This document shows, in pieces, positions 12,480-30,085 of a DNA stretch of 64,000 bases. The stretch is from NCBI GenBank assembly GCA_033442325.1, contig JAWQFM010000023.1, positions 876,410-940,409 on the forward strand, read 5' to 3'. The translations under genes were made by a program, and so were the position numbers. The DNA is from Salpingoeca rosetta. Lineage: Eukaryota > Protista > Choanoflagellata. Position 1 is the stretch's first letter. Every line of letters begins with the position of its first letter. The notes below the pieces were generated by a model, which saw only the letters and a program-made list of their open reading frames with translations, ran no database searches and was not told the DNA's origin.

Positions 12480-12561
<82 letters not shown>

Positions 12562-13083
12562 TGTGTGTGTGCGTTTGTTTGTGGTTCTATGATGTGTTGC
12601 GTGATGAACACAGTGCCGTTGCGTGTATCCCCGCCCTCACTGTCGGGTTCCCTGCCGTCCCGTCCATGTGTGCATTCGTTCATCAGACCAAGACGACACA
12701 CAACGTGTACGGCTTGCGGGCATGTTGCTTGCTGGCAATGTCTCGTGACCTGGGTGCAGCAAGAGGTGTGCACACATGCATGCTACTGCGAGCAACTGAC
12801 AACCGTTGCTTGATAGTGCTGGACAGTGTCGCTGCTGTTCTTGCTGCTGTTGTTACTGTTGTTGCTGTTACTATTGCTTCGTCTGTTGTTGCCTCGCAAC
12901 ATCTTGTCGACTTCTCATCCCCATGCCCACACACACTCACACGCTCACGCACTCACACACACTCACGCTCACACACACACACACACACACTCAAACGTAT
13001 TAAAACGCATTCACAGCGGTGCTGTCCGCTGTGTCGCCAGCAGCTACGCATGAACCAGTTGTATCCCATCCTCAACCTAGCAT

Positions 13084-13085
<2 letters not shown>
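10129..13085 (+). CDS. PEX10: Peroxisomal RING peroxin PEX10
   Basis: [11 protein letters not shown] matches the PEX10 QTLGEEY motif. Spliced C3HC4 RING: [39 protein letters not shown]. The gene spans the N-gap within an intron. Confidence 0.8.
12380..12479. other. Assembly gap (100 N)
   Basis: N run. Confidence 1.
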
Positions 13086-13134
<49 letters not shown>

Positions 13135-13455
13135 CTGTGTAGCCTCGTGCCAACATACACAGCAACAACAGCATCCCATTGCCCCCCTTCCTCCCCTCCA
13201 TCTCTCCAGCCAGCCATCCAGGTGTGCGTGTGCGTGTGTGTGATGTTGTGTCATCGTGGAGGACGCGTTAACATAGACGACGCACGCACGCACGTGAATC
13301 GCTAAAAGGATCGTTAATTAAATTAATGTAAACAAACAAGATATGTAACAAAGGCAATCAGATTGCAACAGTTTTTAAAAGGGGAAAGCGCGTGCGTGTT
13401 GTGTGTACATAGGGACCAAAGGCGTGGACATACGCGTGTGTACAAGTGTACGACT

Positions 13456-13521
<66 letters not shown>

Positions 13522-13564
13522 TGTGTGTGTGCTTGTGTAGCACGTGCGACTGCACCCGTGTGTG

Positions 13565-14890
13565 TCAGAGCGTTGTTTCCCGGTACAGCATGGCAAATCG
13601 GCTCACTTCCTCCCGGTTGATTGCCGACAGCGCAGGGAAGCACACCACAAACTCCACTGCCAGTGTGTGCGTGTGTGTGTGTGTGTGTGAAAATGGGATG
13701 CGAGAGAAGAAAGGTGGGGAGGAGCAGGAGGAGGAGCAGGACGCAACAGAAAAGGATGCAGGTGACCACACAGAGATGTAGAGTGAGGTCGGGCGAGTAT
13801 GTTGGGGTGTGGCTGTTGCCGCAAGTGACAGGCAATGCCACCACGGACTCTGCTCACCACGATTTACCATGGTCTGTCACCACCACAAACCGCCATCGCC
13901 ACCACTATCGCTTATTCACGACCATCAACATAACCACCATCTGTCAACGTACCGAGGATGAACGTGACAAACAGGATATTCCCGCCATACTCGAGTGGTC
14001 TTGGCTCATACACAAAGACGACCACCCAGATGATGGTCGACTGCACAAACGTCAACAGCTCAAACGCAACCAACAGCAGCACCTACGCAATATGTGTTTG
14101 TGTGTGTTTGTGTGTAGAGATGAGAGCACGTGAGTGAGTGAGTGATTGTGCGTGTATTTGTGCTGTGTTGTGTTGTGTGTGTGTTGTGTGTTTGCCGGCG
14201 GAAACGACGCCTGCGTTTACATAATCGTGATCGTGACGCATACACGAATACAACAACCATCGCAAATGCGCAGCCTCACACATACGCACGCACACGCGTG
14301 CACACACACATACACACACGCACACACATGCACACATGAACTGCGCGCGCACACACATACACACACGCACACACATGCACACATGAACTGCGCGCGCACC
14401 TTCTCGCGCTTGTTGCCGGCGTTTCCCAGGAGCAATCGCACCACCTCCAGACTGAGCAGCAGGAAATAGATGATGGCTCGCACCATTTGACCACTCAACC
14501 CACCCTAAAACCGATACAGTGTGGTGCGTTGGCATGAATCAACAGTGCATGGCACACAGGATCTCAAATGGACACATGCACACAAAACTCACAAACCTCA
14601 CAGTGCGCAGACGAACTGCACACACACACACACGCATACAATCCCCTGCTCACAAAACATACACACACACACACACACAAAAGACAGACAATCCCCCCAA
14701 CACCCACAATCCCCCTCCCGCCCAACACCCAAACATTTTCACGTACGGGGCGCATGGCTGTGGTGATGATGGCAAAGAGGCCCCACACAACGTCAAAGCA
14801 AGACTGGTAGTAAATGCATGCTTGGAGATGCGCGCTGCCCACGCGCGCGGGTCCCCGGAACGCGGAGAACGCTGCCAGTGGACCCCGCAT
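13565..14890 (-). CDS. TMEM17: Ciliary transition-zone membrane protein, TMEM17/TMEM216 family (TMEM17-like)
   Basis: Spliced product SAHLQACIYYQSCFDVVW..LEVVRLLLGNAGNKREKV..PRPLEYGGNILF..EVSRF matches TMEM17 LQMSLYFN..EAIRLYLGYVGNLQEKV..PLE. Start codon uncertain. Confidence 0.75.
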
Positions 14891-15175
14891 CACACCAAGG
14901 GGAGCGGGAAAGCGCGCAACACGGAGAGCGTGGCTGAGACGTGCCTGCACACATTGTGCGGGAAGGGGGATCAGCAAAACCGACGCACACAATGCAAGGC
15001 ATGAGAAAAGGCGAGATGTAGACAAAGTGACCGATGATGGACAAAGCGAGATATGGAAGAACAAATAGATGGACATACAAGCAATCAGGCAATCAAGCAG
15101 GGCAGGTAATCAGGTAATCAAGCAGGGCAGGGCAGGCAGGCAGGCAGGCAGGCAACTTTTCACACAGACACACAG

Positions 15176-15209
<34 letters not shown>

Positions 15210-15238
15210 ACACATTCACACACACACACATTCACACA

Positions 15239-15324
<86 letters not shown>

Positions 15325-16679
15325 TCGCGGTTCAGCAGCGTCCGCCGAACCAGAGGGTTTGCGACAGCACAATTAATTCACACCACGAAAAATCTAAACA
15401 CGATTTCCGTGTTTTGCAGCAATCGTCCACGTGGTCACGGACATCTTTCGAGAACCGTCGAAAGATGTCCGCAGATCAGTTGTTCGCCAAAAATCGTCGA
15501 CAACGCAAACGCACAGAAAACAGCAGAAGCAACACCACCAACATGCATGAAAAACGGCCGGTTTTTTTGGCGGGCCGAGCAACGCACACACAGAGAGACG
15601 AGACACACACAGAACAGAACAAAACAAACCACACACAAGCAAGCACAAACAGCAACGGCCGCCGCACATCCTTGTTGTGAATGGAGCATTGCTCATTTTC
15701 CAACCTGCCCGCGAAACAAACAAAAGCCCTCACAACCGCTGCAAGCGTGTCCGCCTTTTGCCTTTTGCGCTTTTGCTTGTTTATTTTTTTTTTCGCACTT
15801 TTTTTTTTCCTTCTCACGCACGTTGGCTGCAACTCGCGCAAGGACCTGCAACACCCACTCGCTCACCCACACAACCGCGCCTCGTTTGAGCCAGCAAGAA
15901 GCAGCCCAGCCCTCAACTCTTTGTCACACACACACTCTCTCCCACTCTTGTGCTCACGTCAGCCAGCCTGCCAGTGGGTGTCCCCATCAGTCAGCCAGCA
16001 AAGGCAAGTGCAAGCGCACGAGCACGAGCACGAGCGAGCGGGGTCATCACCACCACCACACACACACACACACACACAGCCAGCCAGGCACAGCCACCGT
16101 GTTGTGTGCCGCTGCAACTGTCACCCACACCACCACCACCATTGCCAACCACAGCCACTCCTCTTTCGTGTTCTCTCTGTTGCACGTTTTCCTTTAGCCC
16201 TCTTGGAAGCGCACACCACCAACCACCACCTGCGAGCATGATTGCTTGAGAGTGATGGAGGCCTGAAGGGGTGCACAGCACACACACACATACACACACA
16301 TACACACACATACACACACGACCACGGCCACCAACAACAACCCCCTCTCCGACGCCATCTCTCCCCCCCCCTCACACACACACACACACACCCAGCTTCT
16401 ATCTTTCTTTTCCTTGTTTGGTGGCGGCTGTGTGTGTGTTGACCTACACCATGCATGCATGCGGATGATGTCATTGGTGTGCTGCAAACACGCAAGAGCT
16501 GATTCTCTCTTTCCCCCTCCTTGCCCCATGCACACACGCGCACGCACGCACTCGTTCCCATCCACCCTCCACCGCATACCCCCGTATGCTGGCCATCGTC
16601 GCCGCCGTGGCTGTCGCTGTGCCTTGTTTCGCCTGACGCACACCCAACCAAAACTACACAGGGCCAGTCGGCCGAGTTC

Positions 16680-19600
16680 ATGACGCTCACAGCCATGGAC
16701 CCTTCCACCTTGCCCACCTCGTCTGCGGACACGGGGCCTGGCTTGACAAGCACCACCGACAACCCAACCACCACCACCGCTGCTGCGTCTTCCGCACCAC
16801 AAGCAGCAGTATCAACCACCACCTCTGCAGACACAACCGACAACAACAAATTGCTATCCGAGCCAGCAACCAACACCGCCAACAACAAAGCCCGCGTGGA
16901 TGACACCAACAACGCAGCCACAAATGACACCAGCCAAGACACACCAACGACACACACACAGCAGCAAGAGCACCAACACCAATCGTCGGCGTCAACGCCT
17001 GCACCGCACTCGCCACAATCAACCACATCGACGGCCGCGGCCGCAGAGCAGCACCTGCCGTCGACAGAGCCAGCGAGAACAGACTCCACGGCGCTATCGG
17101 AACAGCCACAGCCGTCACCGATTGTTGTGTCCTCAACCCCGAGCGATGCGCCCAGTCCAGCGCCCGCAACGCCCTCTGCGTCCTCGTCTGCAACAAAGCC
17201 GCGTGGCAGGTGGACGAACCAGCTCAAGTTTATGCAGGATGTCGTGCTGAAACGCCTGTCCGCACTCGACTCGAAGCACTGGTTTGCGCAGCCTGTCGAT
17301 TGGAAGGCCCTCAACATCCCTGTACGTTATCTCCAGCCCCTGCCTGCTCTTGCTTGCATGCACGCAAACGGTAACGTTGCTGCTGTGTGCTACTGCTGCT
17401 GTTGCTGTACCGTTAGTCTTTGTTCGCGCTGCTGCTGCGAGCGACCGCGCGAACGACCACACGCACGCATCACCTCGTGATTTCTCCGACTCTGGGCCTC
17501 TGGCCTCTGCGACACCGTGTTTCTCATCATCATCATCATCATCATCATCATGTGTTTCCCCCACCACCACCACCACCACTACCAGGACTACCCGACCATT
17601 ATCAAGCAGCCCATGGATCTTGGCACCGTGAGCAAGAAGCTGAAGGAGAGGACGTACACATCTGCTCAGGAATGCATCGATGACATTCACCTCATGCTCA
17701 ACAACTGCTTCGTCTACAACCCAGCAACCAACGTAAAGCTCAACATCCAGCTTGCTTGGCGTGTGTTGTGTGTGTTGTGTGTTTGTTCGGTTTCTGGTGT
17801 CTTGTGTTTCTACTGTTGGGCCCTTTTTCGAGTGCCTCATTCATTCCCATCCCCACGCTTCCTCATCCATCCATCCCCCACCACATTGCACCACTCTCCC
17901 CTCCACATCCCTTGAACTGTCGCAGCCTGTACATATCAAGGCGCGCGAGTTGGAGACTGCATTTGAGCGCTGTCTGCACCGCCTCCCGCAGCCGGAGATG
18001 GACGTGTCACTTGCTGCGACGATGCTGCCCAAGCAGACGCCGCGGCCTGCGCCCTTCACCCCGGGCAACGGCGTGTATGCGCGCCGCCACTCGCGTCGCA
18101 CCGTCCGCCCGCCAACCCGTGACCTGCCAAGCCCAGCCAACCACCCGCAGACCAAGGCCCTGCGCGAGTGCCGCAAGATCATCTCGGAGCTGTTTAGCAA
18201 AAAGCACGCCGAGTACGCGTGGCCGTTTTACGAGCCCGTCAAGGCGGACGAGCTCGGGCTCTCGGACTACCGCGACTTTGTGGACACGCCCATGGACCTG
18301 GGCACGGTGAAGAAGCGCATCGAGTCGGGCCACTACTCGGACGTCGACTCGTTTATCGCGGACGTCAGGCTCGTGTTTTCAAATTGCTACAAGTACAACC
18401 CGAGCACAGACCCCGTCTTTGGCATGGCAACAAAGCTCCACAACGTACGTGTAGCAGTGCGAATGTGTGTGGTTGCCCGCTGCCATTTATTTGTTCGTTG
18501 TCGTCCGCCACTGCTGTCCCCTCCTTTGCTCTCGTGCATCGTTGTTGCTGTGGTTTGCCGTTTCCGGATTACACGAATCCTCCATGCCTTTTTCACTTTG
18601 CGTCATCCCCACTCGTTTATCACTTCCCCACATCACCCGCCAACACCGCTCACATGTCTCACACCACTTGCTTTCATCGCCCTTCCCCTCTCCTTCCCTT
18701 GTTCACGATCACAATGATCCTCAGGTGTTTGAGTACAGCCTTGCCTCTGCGCAGCTGGACGAGCCCTCCACCGGCAGTCGCCGCGGGTCTGCGGCCGCCA
18801 CCCCAGCAGCAACGCGAAAGGCGTCGGCCGCGCCAACGCCACTCAGCGGTGGCACAGCCACAACCACAGGCACGGGCGCAGGTGCCGGCGGTCGGGGCAA
18901 GCGCCGTCGCAGGCGCGGGCGTGACGACGACACGAGCGACAGCGACGAGGACTACGATGCCGAGGGCGACTCGGCAGCGGAGGAGGAAGATGTGGAGGAA
19001 GCAAAGCCCAAGCGCACAGCATCCGCAGCGAAGGCACCGGCCAAGCGCGCAAAGACAACGACATCAACTGCTGCAGCAACGGCAGGGAAAGGCAAGACAA
19101 GCAAGGCCAAGGCAGGCGCGGCGGCGTCAAAGGCCAAGGGCGGCAAGGCAGGCGCTGGTGGCGGCGGCGGCTCGGGCAAGCGCAAGCCCACGGCGTCGGC
19201 AACAAAGAAGCGGCAGCGGAAGAAGGCTAAGCAGGTGGACACGTCTGATTCTGACGACAGCGATGCCTCGTCGTCTGAATCCGAGTCTGACTCGGACCTC
19301 GACCTGGACAGCGTGGACCCGCTGGTGCTCCTGGCCAACATGTACAAGGACCGCCTCTCCAAAAAGAAGAAGAAGAAGCAGATGAAGAAGAAAAAGAAGC
19401 AGCAGCAGTCGACAAGCAAGAAGGCCGGGGCGAGCTCCCGCGCCTCAAAGTCAAAGAAGACCACCAAGGCCAGCGGCGGCAAGGGCGGCGCATCATCAGC
19501 GTCGTCATCGTCCGCTGCGGCGTCCAGCACCGCTGCTGCGGCGTCTGCGCTGGCGAATTTGACGCCGGAGCAGCTGCAGGCCATCACGGCTGCGGTCGGG

Positions 19601-22022
19601 TCGGGCGTGTTCAACCTGCCCCAGGGCGGTGCTGCGGGCGCCAAGAGCGACGACACGGGCACGAGCGGCGCCGAGACAGAGGCGTCGACGCCGGCAAAGG
19701 GCGGACGCAAGGCCCCGGCAGGCGGTGGCGGCGGTGGCGCTGCTGCCAAGGCGAAGCAAAAGCCAAAGGCAAAACCAAAGCCAAAGCCAAAGCCAAAGGC
19801 CAAGCCCGCGGCAAAGCCAAAGCCAAAAGCGGCGCCGCCACAGCGGTCTGTGACAGCCATGTCAGACAGCGACTCTGGCTCATCGTCATCGTCAGAGGAT
19901 GAGGAGGACGACGACACCCCGTTCACATACGACCAGAAACGACAGCTCAGCCTCGATATCAACAACGTAAGCGGGGAGGGGGAGCATGAGCGTGTGGGTG
20001 AACAGAGGATATTTTGCACTGTTTGTTGTGCACTTGTACGTGACATGACTGCGAACAAGTTATGATTGTTCAAGTGTTGATGAATGTCTTCAACGCGATG
20101 AATGTCTTGAACGCACAACGCATGTCACACACTCAATGAACCACTCACTAACTTGTATTCTTCCACCTTCTCCCTCTCCCTCTCCCTCTCCCTCCCCCCC
20201 CACCCCCACCACACACACACACACTCACGCTCACGCCCGCGTTCCTCCTTCCTTCCACTTGTTCCACTTGCACGTGACAGTTGCCGATGGAGAAGCTGCC
20301 GCGCGTGGTGCAGATTATCAAGAACTACGAGCCATCCCTCACCCACACCAACCCGGACGAGATTGAGATTGACTTTGACAAGCTGCGGCCCCGCACCCTG
20401 CGCGAACTCGAGCGCTACGTGCGCAACTGCCTTAAAGGTGTGGCATAATCCCATCCATCCACCCACCCATCCATGGCCCGCCCCTCGCGGCTCTGTGAAC
20501 ACTGACACTTGTGTTGTTGTCGTCGTCCTCGTTGTGTCTGAGCGGTGTGGGTGACTGTTGTTTGCCGGAGAGAAGATCCTTTCCCTCCTACATGGTTACG
20601 ATTTTTTGTTGGTGTGAACGTGAACCACTGTGCGTAGGTAGTTCACGTGGTGTGTCCCTTCCCCTCCACCAAACCCGCAGCTTTCTTTTCTCCTTCTCTC
20701 TCTATCTGTGTTATTTCTGGGTTGCGGTGCACGCCTTGCCCCCCCCCCGTCCTTCTCCGGACCCCATTCTTTGTTGTTCTCAAGTCACGTGTCGATTGAT
20801 GGCGTGTGCTCGACGTCCAACATGACATTTCTCTCCCAGCCTAGCTTTATTTCCTCTTTTTGCCTCTGGTTAATATTTTGCTTGGCTTTGCAGCCGTGTT
20901 CGCCACCCAGTCGTTGCTCTGCACACGCGCGCACGTGCGTGCCTTTTCTCCCCCTCTTCTCTCCTCCTTTCTCCTCGTCCTCTCCCCCGCTCCATGTCCT
21001 TCTTTGCATGCATTGATCGGCACTGTCCCATCTGACGTGTGTCATCAACACTGCGTGTGCACTGCGTTGCCTGTCAACAGCTTGAAGCCTCCCCCCCCTC
21101 CACAGTCCCTCATGGGTGTGCTGTCGTGTTGAGGACGAGTGTGCGCCTTCTTGCATGCACCGGCGTCATCTTTCCGCCCAATCACAACAGAGACAGGCTT
21201 GCTCGCTGGCTCTCCTCAGCCTCTCTTGTTCCCTTTTCGCTTTGCCATCTCGCTCGATTTGTTCTTCCCTCTCGTATGTTTCTGGTGGCTGGTCTCTCTT
21301 CTTTCCTCGCTTGTGTACACATCTCTCTGTGTGTAGCTTTTCGTTTGGGGGCCACATCTCTCCGTCGTTGCTTTTCTCGATGTCGTCATTGTTCTGTGCA
21401 TAATTCTTTGGCGGCTACCGTCTCCCTTTGTACTTCCTCCCTTGTACTTCCTTCCTTCCTTCTCTTGCTTGTGGGCCGCATGCCACGTCCATGGTGTGTC
21501 GTGTTGTGTGTCCCCAGCCCAATCCCTCGCCTTTCTTTTTCGCTCCCCCTTTTTCTGCCCCCCATTAAATGATAGCATATTTGAGCAACCTCTATACCTT
21601 GTCAGCCATCAAGTGCTTGCTTCCCAACGTGTCAACAAGAGAGAGGCCTTTTGTTTCTCGTGTTTTCTCTTCCTGAAAGGATCTTCTCTCCACGTCCGGT
21701 GTGTGCGTGTGATGTGGTGTGTGGTTCATTGTCGTTCTGTGCACGAGCACTCACCAGCATCACTCGTTGTGTCTTCCATGCGCGTGTTCTTGGTTCCTTT
21801 GCTGCGTGTGTGTAGCGCCAACCAAGCGGGCGTCGACGCACCACCGCCGGCCCAGCAAGAAGGAGGAGCCCAAACAGGAGGAACAACCTCATCACGACGC
21901 AGAGGAGGAGGAAGACACGACACAAGAGAAGGACTTTTCACTCGTACAGGCGTCCAGCGCCATCAAAGAACACGACATTGCCGCATCCACCGACGCAAGG
22001 TTGGTGTGCGTGTGAGTGCTTG

Positions 22023-22094
<72 letters not shown>

Positions 22095-22495
22095 ATGTTT
22101 GTGGGGGGGGTATGCTTGAAGCGTGTGTGTGTGCGTGTGTGTGGATGTGTGTGTTGCATTTCAGCCATGTGCGTCACGTCTCCTGTGCTTACATTGTCCA
22201 CACTGCTGCAACAAATGCCGTTCAATCCATGCAGCGGGTGGGTGATGGACGATGACGAGGATGACGAGGAGGCGACCGACACACACAAATCTGACGACGC
22301 GCTGGCTGCCGACCTGGCCAAGTTTGAGCAGCACAAGGCCGCTGAGGAAGAGCGCCAGCGGATGGCCCGCGAGGCGGCTGCACGCATGCGCCAGCAGGAG
22401 GAACAGGCCCGCCAGCAGGAGGAAGAGGAGAAGCGGCGCCAGTCTGAGGAGGAAGCAAGGTAAAAAAGGGCATTTGGGGTGTTTGTGGGGGAAAG

Positions 22496-22549
<54 letters not shown>

Positions 22550-23131
22550 CGTAAGCCCGTGTGTGCGTGCGTTTGCTGCCCAAGCACGCTCATCAATACA
22601 CCCCCTTTTTCCTCACACGCAACCACGCATTTATGTTTGTTTGTATTGCGTGTGTTGCTGAGCAGGCGGCGAGAGGAGGAGGCACGGCGGCGTGCGGAGC
22701 GAGAGCAGCAGCAGCAGGAAGAAGAGGCGCAGCGCCGCGAGCAGGAACTGCAGGAGCGTGAACGCCTCCGCGAGGAAGAGAGAGAGCGACGTAAACAGGT
22801 TTGTTGGCTGCTGACACAGCCAAGGGCACGGGTGTGAGGGTAAAACCGAATCACTCACAAACACACATATATACATACATACATACATACATACATACAT
22901 ACATACATACATACATACATACATACATACATACATACATACATACATACATACATACATACATACATACATACATACATACATACATACATACATACAT
23001 ACATACATACACGGACGCACACACGCATACTCACTCCCTCGCTCGCTCGCTCACACCAACAGATGGAAGCGCAAGCGACAAGCGCGGACGCAAACGACGA
23101 TCTGGAAGACCTTGATGCCATGTTTGACTGA
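16680..23131 (+). CDS. BET-family double-bromodomain protein (BD1, BD2, ET domain, charged C-terminal tail)
   Basis: [45 protein letters not shown]; [30 protein letters not shown]; ET domain [36 protein letters not shown]; E/R/Q-rich tail ending DLDAMFD. Confidence 0.93.
22873..23010. repeat. (CATA)n microsatellite in the last BET intron
   Basis: Seen directly. Confidence 0.95.
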
Positions 23132-23265
23132 AATCAGTCTCCTTGTTACCGACACTATTAATTGAAGTGAAGTAAACCTCTTGTCTCTCTCTCTCTTGTG
23201 CTGTCGTTTGTCATCATTTTCCGTCCTTTTTCCAAGCGCAAAGAAGGCAATACAGCGTGTGCACG

Positions 23266-24619
23266 ATGGCCACGAGATTGGGTGTGCGAGGCGGGTTGCT
23301 GCGAGTGTGCGCTGCTGCACTGCAAGGTGGCAGAAGCAATGCAAAGCACGTGACGAGGACAACAAACAGGGCGGGGATGGTGATGACGATGAACAGTGGA
23401 AGGCACGTGCGATCACTTGCAACCGGTGGTGGTGGGCCAGCGACGAAGCCTGCCGTGAAGGTTGGCGTGATCCTGGAGCGCTACCCTCTCTCGGAGCCGG
23501 CACTGACCCCGTTTGAGAAGAAGTTCCAGGAGTTTTCCCGGCAGATGGATGAGGAGAAGTCCGCTGTGTCCTTTGAGGAGTACCTGCAGATGTTGGTGGA
23601 GCAAGAGGGCGGAAGCAAGAAGAAGAAAAAGAGCAAGAAGTCAAACCAGAAACAGGAACAGGGCGAAGAGCAAGACTCCTCCGCCGCAACAGCCACCGAG
23701 CAAGCCGCTGTGTAAGTGCAAACATGTGTCTGCGTCTGTGTGGGTGTGTGGGTGTGGGTGGTGGGGTTGTATCTGTATGTGTGTGTGTCTTCTGTCTGTC
23801 TGCGTGCTTGTGCACCTGAGAACCGCTCAGCTTTGCTGACCCCCCAACAACAACACACGCACACGCATGCACGCACGCACGCACGCACACACACAACTCC
23901 CCAACAGCGATGCAAGTGACACTGCACCTGTGGAGTTTGAGCCTGCGCCTCTGGAGACTGAGGATGACCGCGCGCACAACACAAAGTCCCTCAACAGGTG
24001 TCTGTCATCGAAGCTCTACCTCCTCATCAAGACGAAGCAGAGCGATGTCTGGCACTTTCCACAACTGCCGCTGACCAACGAGGAATCCATTCGTGCGGTA
24101 TGTCACTTTCCATGCCCTGCCGCCCGCAGCGTGCTCGGCCACTGGCTCGTTCTCGCACTGTTGAGGAACAACCCAGCTGCGCTCACATTGGGGCCGTGCC
24201 CCTGTCATGCCCTCACCTTTCCCGTGTTCGTTCACTGCACAGTGCGCGGAGAATGCCATGGCCACAGTTAACGGCGATACCACGGGCGACTTTGAGACGT
24301 ACTTCATTGGCAACGCGCCATGCTACCACACCGTTAGTGAACGCTATCAAAACACAAACATACGTGGTTGAAAATGGCACCCCCGCACGCATGGTTATCA
24401 TCGAAAGTGTGCCGCGTTTTGTGTTGTTGCTTCATGGTGTACACTGTTGTGCGCATGTGCTGACATGCGTTGACATGTATGTGCACCCTCTGAACCTTTG
24501 GGAACTGACTTGCAGGTGAACAAGTCTTCAAACGACGCGCCAGACGAATACGTACGCAGCCCCCACAACTCTGTTCGCTCCCGTGTCGTGTGTGTGAATG
24601 TATTTGTGTGTATGTGTCT

Positions 24620-24670
<51 letters not shown>

Positions 24671-24918
24671 CGAACGAGCCTTTGTGGTACATCCTTGCTT
24701 GCCTGTCCAGCAACAGCATCTGACGGTGTTCTAACGTGCGCATGCACTCACACACACGCACATCACTTCACGTGCAGACGTTCTACTTGCGGTGCATGCT
24801 GGTGCAAGGGGCGTACGCGCCAACGGCAGACGTCACCGACTACGCGTGGGTGCCGGAGACAGAGTTGCAAGACTACATTGATAACGCAGACAAGTTCAAG
24901 CACTGCCTCTTTGGTTGA
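23266..24918 (+). CDS. MRPL46: Mitochondrial ribosomal protein mL46
   Basis: Arg-rich presequence; VGVILERYPLSEPALTPFEKKF; ETEDDRAHNTKSLNRCLSSKLYLLIK..WHFPQ; YFIGNAPC; DYAWVPETEL. Confidence 0.88.
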
Positions 24919-25159
24919 CCTCGTTTCGCTGACCCACGCGCGCACGCATATATGCGTGCGCGTGTGCGTGCCCGTGTGTGTGCACATACGTCTGTGAGTG
25001 TGTGCCTTGTGCGTATCTCTGTGCAGTGTGCATGTGGTGCAGTCATCACCTGTTTAAAACCTCTTTCTTGGTCCGCGCTTCAAAGCAGTGCACCAACCAA
25101 ACAACAACCATCACTGAAATCGCGCACTCGCCACAACACCAACAAACACCCTTCACGCA

Positions 25160-29234
<4,075 letters not shown>

Positions 29235-29510
29235 GCGAATGACAGACGCGACGATGATGATGTGGTGATGTGATGATGCGTCCACTGGTATGACTGACAG
29301 TGTATTTGTGTTCCGAGAAGAGGAAGGAGAAGGGCGGGAACATGATGGAAAGCATGGGAGGAAACAGAGATGAAGGAAAAAGTGCGCCGCACCAAAGGCG
29401 CAGCTGCCAATGGGAAAACATCGCAAGCAAACGCATCGTTACATCTCCGAGTGTCTTCGAATATGTGTGTGCGAATGTCTGTCGTTGTGAATGTTTGTGC
29501 GCGCTTGGGA

Positions 29511-29998
29511 TTAGGCGGAGGCGACGAAGGAGGTGGCAGCGTTAATGATGCGTTGTGCCGTCTGGGAGTTTTGAGCGCAACATCGACATGCAGGATAGAG
29601 AGAAGCAGTCGTGCGTTTGTGTGTTCGTTAGCACAGGTGGTGTTGGGTTGCTGTACATATGGCTGGTTATTTTGTACCGACCAACTTGGTTGTGTCACGT
29701 TACACGCGTGCGCTTGCGCGCACATCAGCGCACAATAAACGAAGCTTGCAAAGCGACACAACACGCCATCACCCTGCCACCACTCCTCACAACGAACAGC
29801 AAGAAGAACCAAGAGACTCCAGTGCGCCTGGTGCATTGATAAACACTCACGGCTGTGTCTGGAGCGAGGCCTGGGCCAACCAGCATATCCGCTGTTGCGT
29901 CGACCAGGAACGATGGGTCCTCGTAACCTGACAACATATATGTGTGTGTGTTGGGTGTGGATGGGTGAGCGTGTGTGTTGTGTGTGTGTATGTGCGTG

Positions 29999-30085
<87 letters not shown>

